Program-made: the position numbers and the translations under genes | In this document: one piece after another, positions 1 to 12,862 of the stretch | Position numbering within the stretch: position 1 is the stretch's first letter | Layout of the letters: each line of letters begins with the position of its first letter | Notes under the pieces: model-generated | Seen by the model: the letters and a program-made list of their open reading frames with translations, nothing else | Told to the model about the DNA's origin: nothing | Database searches by the model: none | Origin: Eutreptiella sp. 'Long Island Sound 2002' | Taxonomy: Eukaryota; Protista; Euglenida | Direction of reading: 5' to 3' | DNA: 64,000 nucleotides | Assembly: GCA_964036045.1 (NCBI GenBank) | Contig: OZ038378.1 | Location: 190,464,001-190,528,000, forward strand

Positions 1-88
1 AGGTTCAGCTGACCCACTGTCCTGATTTTTTGGGGACAGGGCCATGCGAGGTGCTGTGGTTGTGCCTGTGAGAGAGCGAACAAAAATA

Positions 89-370
89 AGCAGCGAGGAG
101 CCACAATATGCCTGAATTGTGTTTTGCTTTGTTCGTAAAACGACTGTTAGCTTTGCTAACTGGGGTTTTATATGTCTGTCTTATTTGTTCCAGATTGTTT
201 TTGAAATTTTGCCTGGGGAAGCCCGCCCACCCGCCCGGAATGACAGGAGGCCCGCCCACCCACCCAACGAACAACATGTGTATCTATGGCGTCATAGCGC
301 CTTTGTGGAGTATGGTACAGCAGCGAGGAGCCACAATATGCCTGAATTGTGTTTTGCTTTGTTCGTAAAA
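89..370. repeat. Perfect 52-bp direct repeat (89-140 and 319-370)
   Basis: AGCAGCGAGGAGCCACAATATGCCTGAATTGTGTTTTGCTTTGTTCGTAAAA occurs twice, 230 bp apart. Confidence 0.95.
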
Positions 371-1139
371 TAAGGCCCTAGTCACCAGCAAGTGTTCTTA
401 GTTAGTGTACAATTGCTGAAAATGCGTTTTCAACATTTGAATAGTTGAGCCTTGCTGCCAAGCAAGCCCCATCAAGGTCATGGATATTAGGTCTCCCAGG
501 CACTTGGTTTTTGGGATACCAAATGAGGGACTGCCCGACAGTGTTGGAGACCTCAAGCTAGGGTATTTGCTTGGGGAATGCCGTGCACGCAATGCGAAGT
601 TTTGGATGTCGGCAAATACTCGGACCCTACTTTCGGCCCCCTTTGACAAGTTTTTGGTTCCATACTGGGTTTTTTTTTTAGCTTCCTATGCATTTGGGAT
701 GTGGCACATTTGAATTGTCACCCTTTGTTGCCCATTTTCAACCATTTTTACCCATTTTCCATCCCCCATATTGAAGTCTCCCCACTATGGGGACCCCGAG
801 AAGGCAGGGGTGATGTAGCCATACATAGCCCGCGGACCTTGAGGAGTTTGTGGTACGGCCTTCATCCCCACCACATCACTGTCCTTGCTCGCCATCAACA
901 AGTGTGTCGCGTCCACGCTCAGAATCACCACCGCCCTCCCCTTCACTCTATTCGCAGTCCCCATTACCCAAGAGACCACGGACAACGCGTTCCCCGTGCT
1001 CTGAGTCAAGGGACACCTCATCGCCGCCTCCAACAGCGAAGCCACGGGCACCGAAACAGTCGAAGCAAGCGGACTTTACAAGGCTGAGTGGTTTGTTCAT
1101 AGGGACAGTGGAGTACCAAGTTGAAGGCAGTTTCGTTGT

Positions 1140-2100
1140 TCTCATGTGGGCTTTGTTGCTTTGCTGTGCAACCAGTCAAGTGACAGGTATTCTTGGGTGA
1201 GTATCCCGGCCTCTGCGTGCGCAGTATGCACGCAGTGCTCACGCAGTGCAACAACTTGGCCCTGGTTGCCGCCCATGTTTGAGTAACAAATGGAGACGGG
1301 GATTATTGCCCGTGGCGGTAAAATGGCTCCAAAAATGTCAGCGGTGGTCCGAGGCACATACGGTGTGGAGGATCTTCCGGGACAATAAAAATGTGCGTCG
1401 CCCGGGTGAAGGCACATCTGCCGGATCGCTTTTTTCATATGTTGCATATAGAAGTCAAAAATCTGCTTTTTTTTTTCACTAATGACTGCCACTTTCACTC
1501 AAGCGTTGGGGAGGGTGTGGGACAGGCACGGCGCCATCCCGATGAGCGGCCTAGGCATGGCAACATCCCGCTGAGCGTCCTGTTCAGTGCCGGGAGCGCC
1601 AGCCTTTGGTTTGTTTTGGGAGTGGGATTTAATGCGGCGCTTGGGCACCATGAATTTCCCCGAGCATGGCCATCCAATTTGGACCACGCCGTGCGGCAAC
1701 CATGTCTCCCTCTCATAGTTTCGGGACAATGTCATGGTGGCCGCGTGCGGCGCATTGGCACGCTCCACTATGACCCGGGTGACCGACATCCTAACTGAAG
1801 TTTGGGATTTGCCCGTTCTGTGCCCCTGTATCATGGAGACTGCTCACTGGTGCACAACACATTGCATGGCGTCCACTGTCACGGTAATGGGAATCACGGT
1901 GCACCTTCACCGGCACCATTCGCCCCTAATGTACACGCAACTTCAGGTTTGGCAGGGGGCTAGTGTCCTGAAATATTCTGTGATGCCAAAAAGCCCCGGG
2001 GCCCACAAACACATCTCTCGCACCATTGTTAGTGTAGTTCTCAATGTGCAGCACTTCTTTCACTCTTGGTTTGGGGTTCTTTTGAGCATTACTGCTTGGC
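1140..2100 (-). pseudogene. Decayed pogo-like DDE transposase relic
   Basis: TVDAMQ...GKSQTSV...TWLPHGVVQIG and IFDFYMQH...CPGRSST.YVP..ADIF resemble DDE_1 motifs in order; several stops and frameshifts. Confidence 0.3.
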
Positions 2101-5100
2101 ATCAAATCTTGCTGCTCTGAAGTCAAATGTGGGGCGCGCAAGTGCAAAAAGTGCCGTAAACACAACAGACATTTCCATGAAGTGTAAGGATTGCCAAAAG
2201 GGTAGGCGGTTTGGCACACTTCTACCGTAAGCGTGTACGGCATCACTACCGTAAACGTTTACGGCGCACGGGTATTGGAAGGGAAGCAGGTAGGCAGCAA
2301 GGAGATTTGAACCCCCCACCAGAGGAATTGAGACTACACCCCTCCTTGGATTCCTGTCTGATGGAGAAGGGCAGAGATGGGCAAACTGGGAGGAACCTGC
2401 ATAGTCCACCTGTTGCATCATGCTGATATGCTCAAAAGCTTTCCACACAAGCCAAACGGGACACACCAGTGAACTCCCCCAATGGGAGGGGGGGGATCAT
2501 TTTGTAGTGGGTACACATTTACTCCTAGGTCTCCTCGGGTTAGGCCAAAGGAGTGCTACACTTAGCAGCTTGACAAACAAGAGCAAGTGGTAGCATGCAG
2601 TTGCTACATTTTGCAGTTGCTACATTTTGCAGGGATCAACTGTTGCAATAAGGGATGTACGATCAATAGTAAGTTGGGAGACAATTGACCTGAACCCGCT
2701 GAGCTACCACCACATGATATGCTATTGTTCGTATGATAGTGGAGCACCCCAACCAAGAAGGGGACACGAGCAATTGTGTGGAACTTTCTGACTGATGCTT
2801 CACTTATGAACTAATGGCTGAAATTGTCTACAGCGGGGACATTTAGTCGACCAGTACCAATCATTGATCCCCCAACCAACGGTATGTTGAGTCAAAGAAC
2901 GCTCTTGAGAGGGTTATTGGTAAGGGATACACTTTTTGCACCACACTTTATTGTGATTTGTTGCAAAGAGCAAAGCTTCCTTGTTTCATTTCCCTTGCCT
3001 CTATTGATCACAACAAATTTACTTTGTAAAAGAACGCTCTACTATGTGGAGAATTTTCGTGTAGATTGCCTTTTTTTTAATCATTGTTTCCAATTGTTGT
3101 TTCAAGGAACGCCCTTAAGAGTGTGCTTTTTGCATTACCAACATTTATGACATTTGAAGCAGTGGCATCCCCTCAGTGCACGGTTCAAGTAACCTCTCTC
3201 CCCCTTGCGAAAACGACAGAAAAAGCACTGAAAATGATGGAAACGCAATAACAAGTGCGCCGTGAAAGACACAGGCAGCAAAGCAATGCATCATCGAGAC
3301 CTAGATAGCCATGTCTATGGAGGTGGATTCAAGCCATGTACTGAAGGAAGGGCAAAAAATGGCACAACAATCGGCATCCCTGAAATACTGTCCCTGGCCC
3401 CGAATCACAGGAAAAATTTCAACTTCACGGACAACCAGAACATGGGACACCCAACTTCGATGATTCCAAAAGTTACGCAAACAACACCTCATGTAAGGCG
3501 TTGCTCTTGCATGGGGAAAGGGGATGATGACTTGCATGCTTGGACAACTAGACATGTGGCAACAAGTGGCACAATAGTGATCGGCATCCCCAAAACGCCA
3601 TCCGTAGCCGCAAATCAGAAGAAAATTGATGCCGCCATGATCTGATGCACACTGCACTCACCTCACGAGTTGATCTTGGCAACACACTGCTCGGCAGTAG
3701 CATGCGTGCCTCACAGCCACGCGCAAGCGATGGCTTGGCTTTGACCGCTCCAGATAGCACACGGCCTCCACCTCCACCGCGCCGAAAGATTTTCTCTCAT
3801 GTGTTACCTGTGGATAGCTGAGCGGGCCAAACACTTGCGCCAACATTGTCCCGACGCCAAAAAAGCATGCTGCCATCGTCTAGGTTTGTTGGGAAGCGCC
3901 CCTGCGTAGACACAGATGAGTGCGCCAAGTGGCACCAAAGTGACGCCATGGCCATGCAGTTCCTTTGGGAAAGCGCAAGTCAACAATGAAGGATCCAAGT
4001 ACCCACATTTGATTACCATCGTACCTCCGTAAAGGCTTTTGCCATTGTGCCAAGCGTGGCGGTTGCTTGCCGCGCTAGAGAGTGCCTCCTCTTTCCTTGT
4101 ATATGAGCTATGGGTCTGTGCCCTGTGCCCTTGTCTAACAGGGATCAAGTCTATCATATACTTGAGTCGCCCACTTTTCAAGAACTATCTTGAGAACTAT
4201 CTTGAGTACTCGTGAACATTTCGAGTCAGCCCCCCAAAAAAATCAGAAGGAAATTGACATTGCGGTGTTTCCGTCATTTTCAGTGCTATCACCATTGTTC
4301 TTGGATTGGGGGAGGGGGGCTATAGCATCGACTACAATCTGCACCACAGAGACCCCCACACTCTGCAGAACTACTGCAGCAGGATTCTGGGCATTCTAGG
4401 CATCTCACCAATTTGTACGGGTGCTTGTCTGCAGCTGACGATGGAACCAATAGCTTTGGGTACCCTGGCACAACCTTTGCTGATGTGCTGCTCTGGTGCT
4501 CCAGGATGATCACATAATGCCCACAGTGGAAGCCCCTTCGGGGGGCAATGATGCCATTGATGACATTGCGTCTGTACCCTCAGAGCCGCATGCAGATGTG
4601 ACAGGTATTGCCCAGGCTGCATGCTTTTAAGAAAGCCCCAGCCTCCAGTCACCCCAGGCATCACACCCTCAACAAACTGTAAGCAGTCCAACGTCAGGCG
4701 ACCATGCTGATGAGCTGTTTCTGCTTAGAACAACATTGTGTTTCAGACTGCAACCTGCTTCGGGATCTGTGTCTAACCGTCGTTTGACCTCGGCTGGCTT
4801 TGCGCAGCAAGCGGCGTGGGTGAGCAGGGCATGGTGGTGTGGCATGGGGAAATTTTCGCCTTTCAGAAAGGTGGCGAAATTTTCCCTGGCGAAGTTTTTT
4901 GGGGTCGTGCATACGGCTGTCACACATGTGTCCGTTTTTAGGCAGCGTTCGTGATGGGATTTTGGCAGCAACAATGGCCATGTAGTACCTGTGATTTACG
5001 ATTTTGCCCATAGAGCTTTTGCTTGCTTCTTCATGACTGTTTATATGTCTGAGGTTTTTTGACATCATCTGGTTCATGCAACGGCAACCTGGTGTCCAGA

Positions 5101-5685
5101 GGGATGCTGCTGTGCAACAGAGATGCTGCAGGAGCAAAATTGCTCCCTGAAAGACAGTTGTGCATCGTCTCATACAATCCGATAGATCAAGGAATGCCAC
5201 ATCCACGTGATGCTGCTGGCCCTAGTCTGCCTATGGTTATGATTAGTACCATTTGCGCATGCTGGCTTTGGGGATTTTAACAAAGGCGAAATCGTCCCGA
5301 GGCGAAATTTTCATAGCCCTCTTTACCCGAGAAGATAGTCTGCACAGCTCCCTGCGGCCCCATTGCATAATATGGTCTCTTGGCATGTTGCTTAATGTTG
5401 TGCAACATGCCGACAGTGTGTACAGTAAGCGGACTGCGTCTACTTGTAGCAGGTAGTGTCTACAAACCACAGAAGGTGTGGACATATCCCCCTTCTTACC
5501 CCCTGCCCCAACCCTCCCACACCTCCAAGGTGTGACTTCGTGCAATCTTTGCCAAGAAGGCACAGCCTGAGGCAGGCAGAGCTTGAGCCCTTTTCTACCC
5601 TTGTCACTGCCCCTGATCCTTGTATGCGCTCCCTGTGGCCCCCCATCTTCCCCATCCCCCATGCCTCCCTTTTTGCAGCTTGCAG

Positions 5686-5788
5686 GCTGCCACCTGTCTC
5701 CATCATTATACCGGTGTACAACGCGGAGCGGTGGTTGGACGAGGCCTTTGGCAGTGTCCTGAAGCAGACATACACCGGGCCTCTGGAG
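5686..5788 (+). CDS. B3GNTL1: B3GNTL1/QTGAL-like GT2 glycosyltransferase, first visible exon (LPPVSIIIPVYNAERWLDEAFGSVLKQTYTGPLE); true start or upstream exon uncertain
   Basis: Classic GT2 N-terminal motif VSIIIPVYN..WL.E...SVL.Q; pyrimidine tract + CAG acceptor at 5683-5685; donor GAG|GTGTCC at 5789. An in-frame ATG at 5624 is an alternative start. Confidence 0.85.
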
Positions 5789-7884
5789 GTGTCCTTTGCG
5801 TATCTGCTCATGTCGCACGAGGACTTCGTGCAAGTCAGCCCCTTCTCGTCCTAGATATGCCCTTCCCATCGCAGGGTACAGTGCAGAAGTGAGCCTGCCG
5901 GAGCAGCAGATTGGAGGGATAGTTAATGGGGCTGGTGATGACAGTGATGCGTTTTCTACAGATGTGAGTGCTACCCGGGGGAAACGGCGCAGGGCTGGAG
6001 GAGAGAGGGAGTAGTTAAGATGGTGTAAGCCCATGTCAAGTGCTTTGAGGACGTCTGGCGGCGCCTTGTTGGACATCTTGGACAATCTGTGGAGGTACCT
6101 AACGGCGCCCTGCCGACATTGCACTTTGACGTGTGGTTCACGGTGACGGCCATCATCGAATCTACGGCCAAGCAATGCCCTTTGCAGACAATGCATGCAT
6201 GAGTGCACCAGCGGTTCTCCGCTGTTTTGCCAAACACATGCAACCACTCTGAGCATGCCTGTGATCGCCAAAAGACATCAGAATTCCGTGTTTGAGTGCG
6301 CTACGACGCTGCACTGTCGGGCGCCAGACACCAGAAGAGTCTGCAACCTCTTGGCTGCAGGTTTCCCTGTGGCATTGGATCTTCCATTCTTCCAGAGTTG
6401 CAGGCAAATACTGCTGATGTAGAGTCCAGGCTACCCTTCCCCAGTGCCCTGTGTATCATGCCGCTGTTGCACATACGCTCAAACAAAAATAAGCGCTGAC
6501 CATGCGTGCATGCGCCTGAGATACCTCCTGGTGAGATGCCAGAGGGTAGCGACCACCGCTCATCTTATGGCCAAGAGACGCCGTTGTCCAAAGCAAAGTG
6601 GACACCTGCAGAAGAGTCTTACATGCCCGTGAATCTAGAGGGTGACAACCATCGTCGCTCTATGGGCAAGGGGTTCTATTCCACAGCTCCTGATGTCCCT
6701 GATGGGGCAGTGAGGACCTCCAGAACTTGCTGAAATTTGCCTGCACACTGTTTTCCAGTCAAATGTGCTTAGGGTGAGGTATGGGCAGGTTTTCGGTGAC
6801 ATACGTCCTTTTGGTACCGCGCGTCGCACGCAAGGAGGAGGATTCGACGTAATCAAGGATCGCCTCACCTTGCCTGAAGGCAAGACCCGCTGAACCTCTG
6901 ACCCATCCGTGTGGGCGCCCACGGCGCCTTAACACAACACCATGACTGTTAATGTCAGCCCCCATGGCGCCGTATGTGCACTGCAATCTGTGTATGTGTG
7001 TCGCGGCTTCGCCACTTTGAGACCTGTTGTACTTTGGAGAATGCTGGAGTGACCGGAACGTCGCAATTTGGGACCTAACTTGAATGGGTGCCAAATGTTG
7101 TGATGCATAGAGAAGGACGCTAAGGTTGCCCTGTGTGTGTCTCAACTTTCAAGAGGTGTCACGAGTGTCTCACAGCCCTTTCTCGCTTTTGTAGTCCTAC
7201 GTGGTTTGTTCCCCAGATTCTGGCGAAACAACCATCTTTGAAGGATTTTTGTTGATGTACTGTGTGTCTTGGAGGGTGGTCGGCCAAGATCTCTGCGCTC
7301 TGTTCTTGGATTTCATGTATCCCATGTGTATCTCACGCTTCAAGAGTGTGTATCATGTGTGTATCCCCCCGGCCACCCCCGCCAAAAAAAGTACACCTCG
7401 TGCGAGCAGTGGTACGCTTTATCTATACGTCGACCGTCTGGTGTAGCAAAAATGTGAGCAACATACGGCATTGCAAGCACAGTGGACGCTCTATTTGGGG
7501 CCGTTTCAGACTCGTCATAGTGAAGTCGTACGTCACCTAAGGGTGCCCTGCTGGAGGGGTCGCCCGACGAATCTGTGCTGGGCACAAATGGGATCTGTGA
7601 GGGCGCCTGTGGCGCCCTTTGGAGCAAGCGAGAGATTGCAGGCACTATGCACTGTACTGTTTTCAGTGTGTTGAGTGTGTGAGGCCTGTGGCGACGACCA
7701 TCTTCAGACGATGGCTGAGGTGCAGGAGGCCCGGACCACATTAGTTTGGGATCGGAATGCATCCATCGAATTGGCACTCAACATGGCACTGGTGCTGTTC
7801 CCGCTGCTTGTCCCTCTGCTCCTGCTCCTGCCTTTCCCTTGCCCCTGCCCAGGCTCGTGCTCATGCATGCCGCGCTTTTCTCAG

Positions 7885-7987
7885 GTGTCGGTGTATAATG
7901 ACTGCAGCACTGACCGATCCCCCGAAATCATTCGGCAATGGGCAGAGCGGCTTCGGGCAAATGGAATCAGTGCAGTTTACAGTGGAG
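7885..7987 (+). CDS. B3GNTL1: B3GNTL1-like exon 2 (VSVYNDCSTDRSPEIIRQWAERLRANGISAVYSG)
   Basis: TTTTCTCAG acceptor, AG|GTGCCT donor; ND.STD.S motif as in GT2/B3GNTL1 (LSVFNDASKDKS); phase matches exon 1. Confidence 0.9.
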
Positions 7988-10900
7988 GTGCCTTTCCCCC
8001 CCTCACCTCACTGCAATGGCAGGCAAGTGGACATGCGGGGCAGAACGCTGCAGTTGCAAGCAGTGGGACAGACATTCCACACACACCGACAAAACTGCAG
8101 CCCCGTCTCCTCTCCCCCCTCCCCTCCCTCATGGCGGCCAAGTAACAGAGACCAGGGGGGGCATGTGGGCAGCGCCCCAGCAGGCAGCCCGGTGAGCAAG
8201 AGGGTGGCGCAGTCCCTTGCGGCTCTTCCTTGACAGAATGAAGCAATTGTCTTTGACGAATCTTTGTTGATATATCATGTGTATTGTGGGGGATGGCCAA
8301 GTTCTCTTCCCCCTGTTCTTGGATGTCATGTATCCCATATGTATCCCACACTTCAACACGCTTTATCTACACATCTGCCCCCAACCTGCCCACACAATGC
8401 TTTATTCTCGAACTCCAGGTGGGCAGTCTGCTGGACACGCCCCCCTCCATTCCTCCAAGGGGCAGCATAGTGCTCCCCTGCCAACGGGCATGCGGATCAC
8501 AGTGCTGTTTTTCAGACCGCAGCATCGCTGGGGATGAATCTGAGTTTTTAAGCATGAACTTGCAAGGGGGGCTGGTCCGGGTGGGTGGGTCTTCAGCCGG
8601 GTGGGCAGATATAAGGCTCGCCCCCCCTCCCTCCTCTGATAATTCTGGGGGTTAGCTGGGTTGGGGTCCTGCCACACCTTCCTCCCCTGTTGAACAGAAG
8701 CCTTGTCAGGTTTTGTGTGGTTGCGTAAAGGAATGGACAAGGGAACCCTGGGGCCCACCTCCATACAATTTCTCCATAACGGCCCGGAGATTCATCAACA
8801 ATCAATGACACGACAAGAAGCTATGGGTGGGGCCGTACATTTTTCGGCATTTGTGGCAGCATGAATGGGTGATTTGCATGTTGATGATTGTCCTGTTAAA
8901 ATGTACGTCATTTTTTTGGGCTGAGATACCTGACGGGGGAGCGCCTTGGCTTCAATTTAACTTGGCAAAAATGCGCCCTACAGAATTATAAGAGGGGGGA
9001 ATCTGGGTCGTTTAAAGTCGAGTGGGTGGGGCTCATCCAAAGTACCCCTCCCCGCCTCTTAAGGACGCGGCCTGCTGGAGATGATTTTGAATGCAGACCT
9101 TGTCAGGGGTTTCTGAAGCAATGGATTTTGTTTATACTAACTTAAGGGAAGTCCGGCACTGCCGCAGGCGATTAAACCCCAAACCACTGACGGCCAACCG
9201 CCAGCATCCGACAAGTGATGGTCAACCTCCCCCCCCCCCCCCGTGCCTAGGAACCGCCTTGCGCAAGAACCGCCCGCTGGTTCCGCGGTCGAATTCTTGC
9301 ACCACTTTTTTTTTATCACGGAATCGGGTTTTTCATGGTTCTGGTGGATGCAAGACAGCTATTCAGGTGTGCTGGACAACATTTCATGTGTGTTGTATGG
9401 TTTGCAGTATTTGGAAGCTCATATTTGCTTTTGTACCACCTCTTCCATTCCTTGTTATGTACCATAGACGTTCCCATGTACACTGCCGGTGAGTCTTCTT
9501 TCGGCGATCTGTTCACGTCCAAACCAGTTGAACATTAGATCATTCCATGCACGTTGGAAGGCACACTATAGCCCAGTCAGCTGAGATTCGCTCCTTTGGC
9601 GTTCATTTGTCAATGTGGTTAACTGTGGGAAAGGAGAGGGCGTGCATGCCCCGGCGCAATGCGCCGGAAAATTTTTTTTCTGCGGTACAGGGCTGCCCAC
9701 GGTCATGCGCAAGAACCAACCCCTGGTTCCGCGGTCGAATTTTGGGCGGAAAGCGTGTGCAAGAACCACCCCCTGGTTGCGCGGTCAAACATTGCCGGTT
9801 CCCGGAAACCGGGGGGGGGGGGGGGGGGCTATGACCGGTTGTTGGCATTTGCTTGAGGGTTTGCACTGTGAGTTCATTCCAGGCCCTTCAGGCCCAATTA
9901 AAGGGAGTGGTACCAATCTTGCACTGCAAAGTAATGGGATGCAATCTGCTTTTTCTTTTTACTTGGGAAAAGTCCTGCGCCTTGTTTGGCTTTACTTTGC
10001 TGAGACTGGGCCTGTCGTGAGCCTAATGGGGCAGTTTCTGGCCTGTTGCATGCGATGTCAGTGCATGGCTCCCAACCCATCTCTCACTACTGCCCTCTAG
10101 GGACACTCTGTATTTCCAAAGGCATTGCCAGAGATGGTGTTATGCGTAGAGGCCACCGAGGGCTCCAAACGACCCGCCTACCCCGGGCCACAGTGCCAAG
10201 TCACCCCCCCCCCCCCCAAAGGCAGCAGGCCTGAAAATGCTGTGCACCACTGATGTGCAACGCTTGGTTGTCCGGAACCACTGTTCACATTTCCCACATC
10301 CCTAGTGGGGCGCACCCTCCCTCCCAACTTCACTGTCATGGGAATGACTGAATATGAAACATGCGGGCATGGGCACGAGAGGGAGGGGCAGAAGCAGCAC
10401 TTGTGAGCAGAGGGACGACTGTCCCACTCTCACCTATTGAAAATACCTTACCCCGGTGCTTTGGGACAAACGACCTAGACGATTTCCACCAACTGGCACA
10501 CTCACTCAGTCTTCATAATCATCCATCCGGGGGGTTATGAAGCCCAAGCCTCATCCTATCCTTTCTAAAATGAAGGACTTGCAGCGATCGGCACAGGTCA
10601 GGCGTTTTGAAGGAAGGAATTTGTAGCGCAGCAATGCATTCAAGTCGCACCCCCTTACCCCCAACCCGTTGTGTGGTCACAGTTTTCGTATGAGCAGAAA
10701 TGGGTGAGTCATTGGAAGCCATCGAACGCTCTTTCACGGGGACTGAGCTCAATGAGTGGATGACTGCCACCACGCATAAAGGGTTGGGGGATGCCTTTGC
10801 ATCCAGTGCCCATGCAGTGCAAAGTTTTGTACTCCCGGCATCCTATTTCAAGCCTTACTCTGCTCTGGGTATCAATTAGTGTCAGGGTGATGGGCTCATG

Positions 10901-11343
10901 ATGATGCAAGGATGTGTTTTGGTGCATGTTTTTGTACTCTCAGGAGGTCATGGTTTGCATGGGTATAGAATCCGGGTCCCAACAACAAATATGCACGCAG
11001 TGCATAGTTGTCCCCTTGGGCACAGGATTGGGCAGGAGACCAATTTTGGCAGAGCCCAGTTTTGTGAAGTGTTGTACCACCGTCGGGTTGTCACCAACAA
11101 TCTTGCGGTGGTCATCCAGCGATCTGACAGGCTGCTAATCTACATCTGACCCTTTGCTTGTTCGACTGTGGAGTTTCGGAGGGGATTGAGGGGAGGCCGG
11201 AAGGAGGTCGCTGGGGGACAAAGGGGCTCGGGAGAAGTGGCGCTTGGACGTGGCCAGGAGGGTGTTGCCCTAAGGTAGCCCGTAGCCGCAGCCCCGTACC
11301 CTGTGATGAGGGTCTCCTGATGCCGGCGGTTTTGTGTGTGCAG

Positions 11344-11457
11344 GCGTCCTCAGCGAATCTTCTGATGTCGTCCCCAAGAGCCCTGGTGGCTGCGGCTTCG
11401 CGAAAAACCGAGCAGTGGAGCAGTGCTCCGGGGCCTTTTTGTGCTTCTTTGATGCAG
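11344..11457 (+). CDS. B3GNTL1: B3GNTL1-like exon 3 (VLSESSDVVPKSPGGCGFAKNRAVEQCSGAFLCFFDA)
   Basis: TGTGCAG acceptor, AG|GTGCTG donor, phase 1/1; G.G.AKN.AV.Q.SG..LCF.D motif leading into the DxD. Not in the ORF track because it has no start codon. Confidence 0.9.
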
Positions 11458-12719
11458 GTGCTGTGCACTTGGGATTGCAAGCCTGCTTGCCCGTCACGGT
11501 ACAATCATGATAGCCTCCAGGAGGAGACAATTGAATATCTCTGGACACGTCAGCACAAACGATGGCTTGTCTCAGCTTAGCTTACCTGTTGGGGATGCAT
11601 GGGAGGGGCAGGTGCTTCTACCTGCAGTGGTCATCGGTCCCGACGCCAGGTTTGAATCCAACCAACCCCAAGTGACCGACCACACAACCAACCAACTACA
11701 CCCTATCCTACTTGGAAGTACCCTCCACCACTTGGAGTCATCTACAATTACCCTCCGCTTGGTGCGTGTAGCAGTGGAGGTATGCCCAAGAGTTGCCACA
11801 CTGAAGTTTGTTGCCCCAAAAGAAGTACAAACCACTATCGGTCCAAATGAAGGCGGCTGTTACCATGCCAGTATGGTCGTCCTCAGCGGTTGTTGTGGCA
11901 TTGCCAACCGCCTGCGGTCAGCCACCCATCGCACATCACCAATTTTGTGGGCAGGGGGCCGCACCGCTGCAGGCTTGTCCAGACCTGTGGCGCACGACAC
12001 AAAGGCAAGGTGCCCGGGGCAGGTGGAGGGGGGGGGGTCAAAGGGGCTGGGGGCAGAAAAAATCTCCTCCTCTTCCCCCGAGTCCCCAATTCCCAGGTCA
12101 GCATGGGCCTCTGGGCCCAACCACAAAACCTACTTCCATCCCCTTTATCCCCGAGGTCAGTCAAATACCGCTGCATCCCCTTTCCTAGCTTCCTCTGCCC
12201 TCCATGACAAATTGGGCTCTTTTTTTCCCCAAGTGGCAGGGATGGATATCATAGAGATGTATTCATTTTGGTCAGGGTGGGAGGCTCTGCTGAGGTGCCC
12301 GAGATGACGGACGACAATTACACGATTCCCAATTTTGCTATCAGCGTCTTTACAGGTATGAGCTGTGCATCATACTGGTACTGCTGACTGAACTGGTTGA
12401 TTCCTGTGATGATGCTTGAAATTTGTCCAATTTTGATGACCGCAATGTCATCTCAAATCTCAGTAACATTTCTTTTCCATCACTTTTGGCACCATTACCA
12501 AACCTGTTGCAGTGCTTTGTCCCTCAGACAGGGCGCTGCTGATGTTACCATGGGCTGTACCAACCGTACTGGATTTCATAATTGTCATTTCATCATCCTG
12601 GGGGGCACCCCACTCCTACCCTGCTGAGTAGGGTGTATTGTCATGTGGACCTCTTTTTGTCCAAATTACGGAGCACTCTGGACGCACACCACACACCATC
12701 GCTACTTGTCCGCTTACAG

Positions 12720-12862
12720 ACGATATGATGCACCCGGACCGCGTACGGCTGCAGCTGGCCGCTGCCCAAGCGTGTCCCGGTGCAATCGTGGGGTCCAACG
12801 TTGTGCGGTTGCCGCCCGATTCTCAGCACCGCTTCACCGACTGGGCCAATAGCCTGACGCAG
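12720..12862 (+). CDS. B3GNTL1: B3GNTL1-like exon 4 (DDMMHPDRVRLQLAAAQACPGAIVGSNVVRLPPDSQHRFTDWANSLTQ)
   Basis: TTACAG acceptor, CAG|GTGTGC donor; completes the DADD motif; matches B3GNTL1 DDVMMPQRVRLQ...R(Y/F)T.W.N.LT. Confidence 0.92.

Noticed and set aside
850-1200. Ser/Pro-rich ORF as the missing first exon of the glycosyltransferase
   Set aside because: The phase fits only with a GC donor; a phase-2 AG|GTAGTG at ~5452 and an in-frame ATG at 5624 are equally possible. Needs cDNA.
3260-5210. Coding-like, Cys-rich fragments on the minus strand (SWIM/CxC-like)
   Set aside because: No motif series convincing enough to name a family.
5243-6271. 342-aa minus-strand ORF
   Set aside because: Antisense to a real exon, no recognisable motif; likely a shadow ORF.
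6506-6733. Myb/SANT-like KWTPAEE motif
   Set aside because: Single short motif in an intron, with no further repeat residues.
11507-12307. 266-aa ORF in intron 3
   Set aside because: No domain motifs; runs through dispersed repeat sequence and G-tracts.
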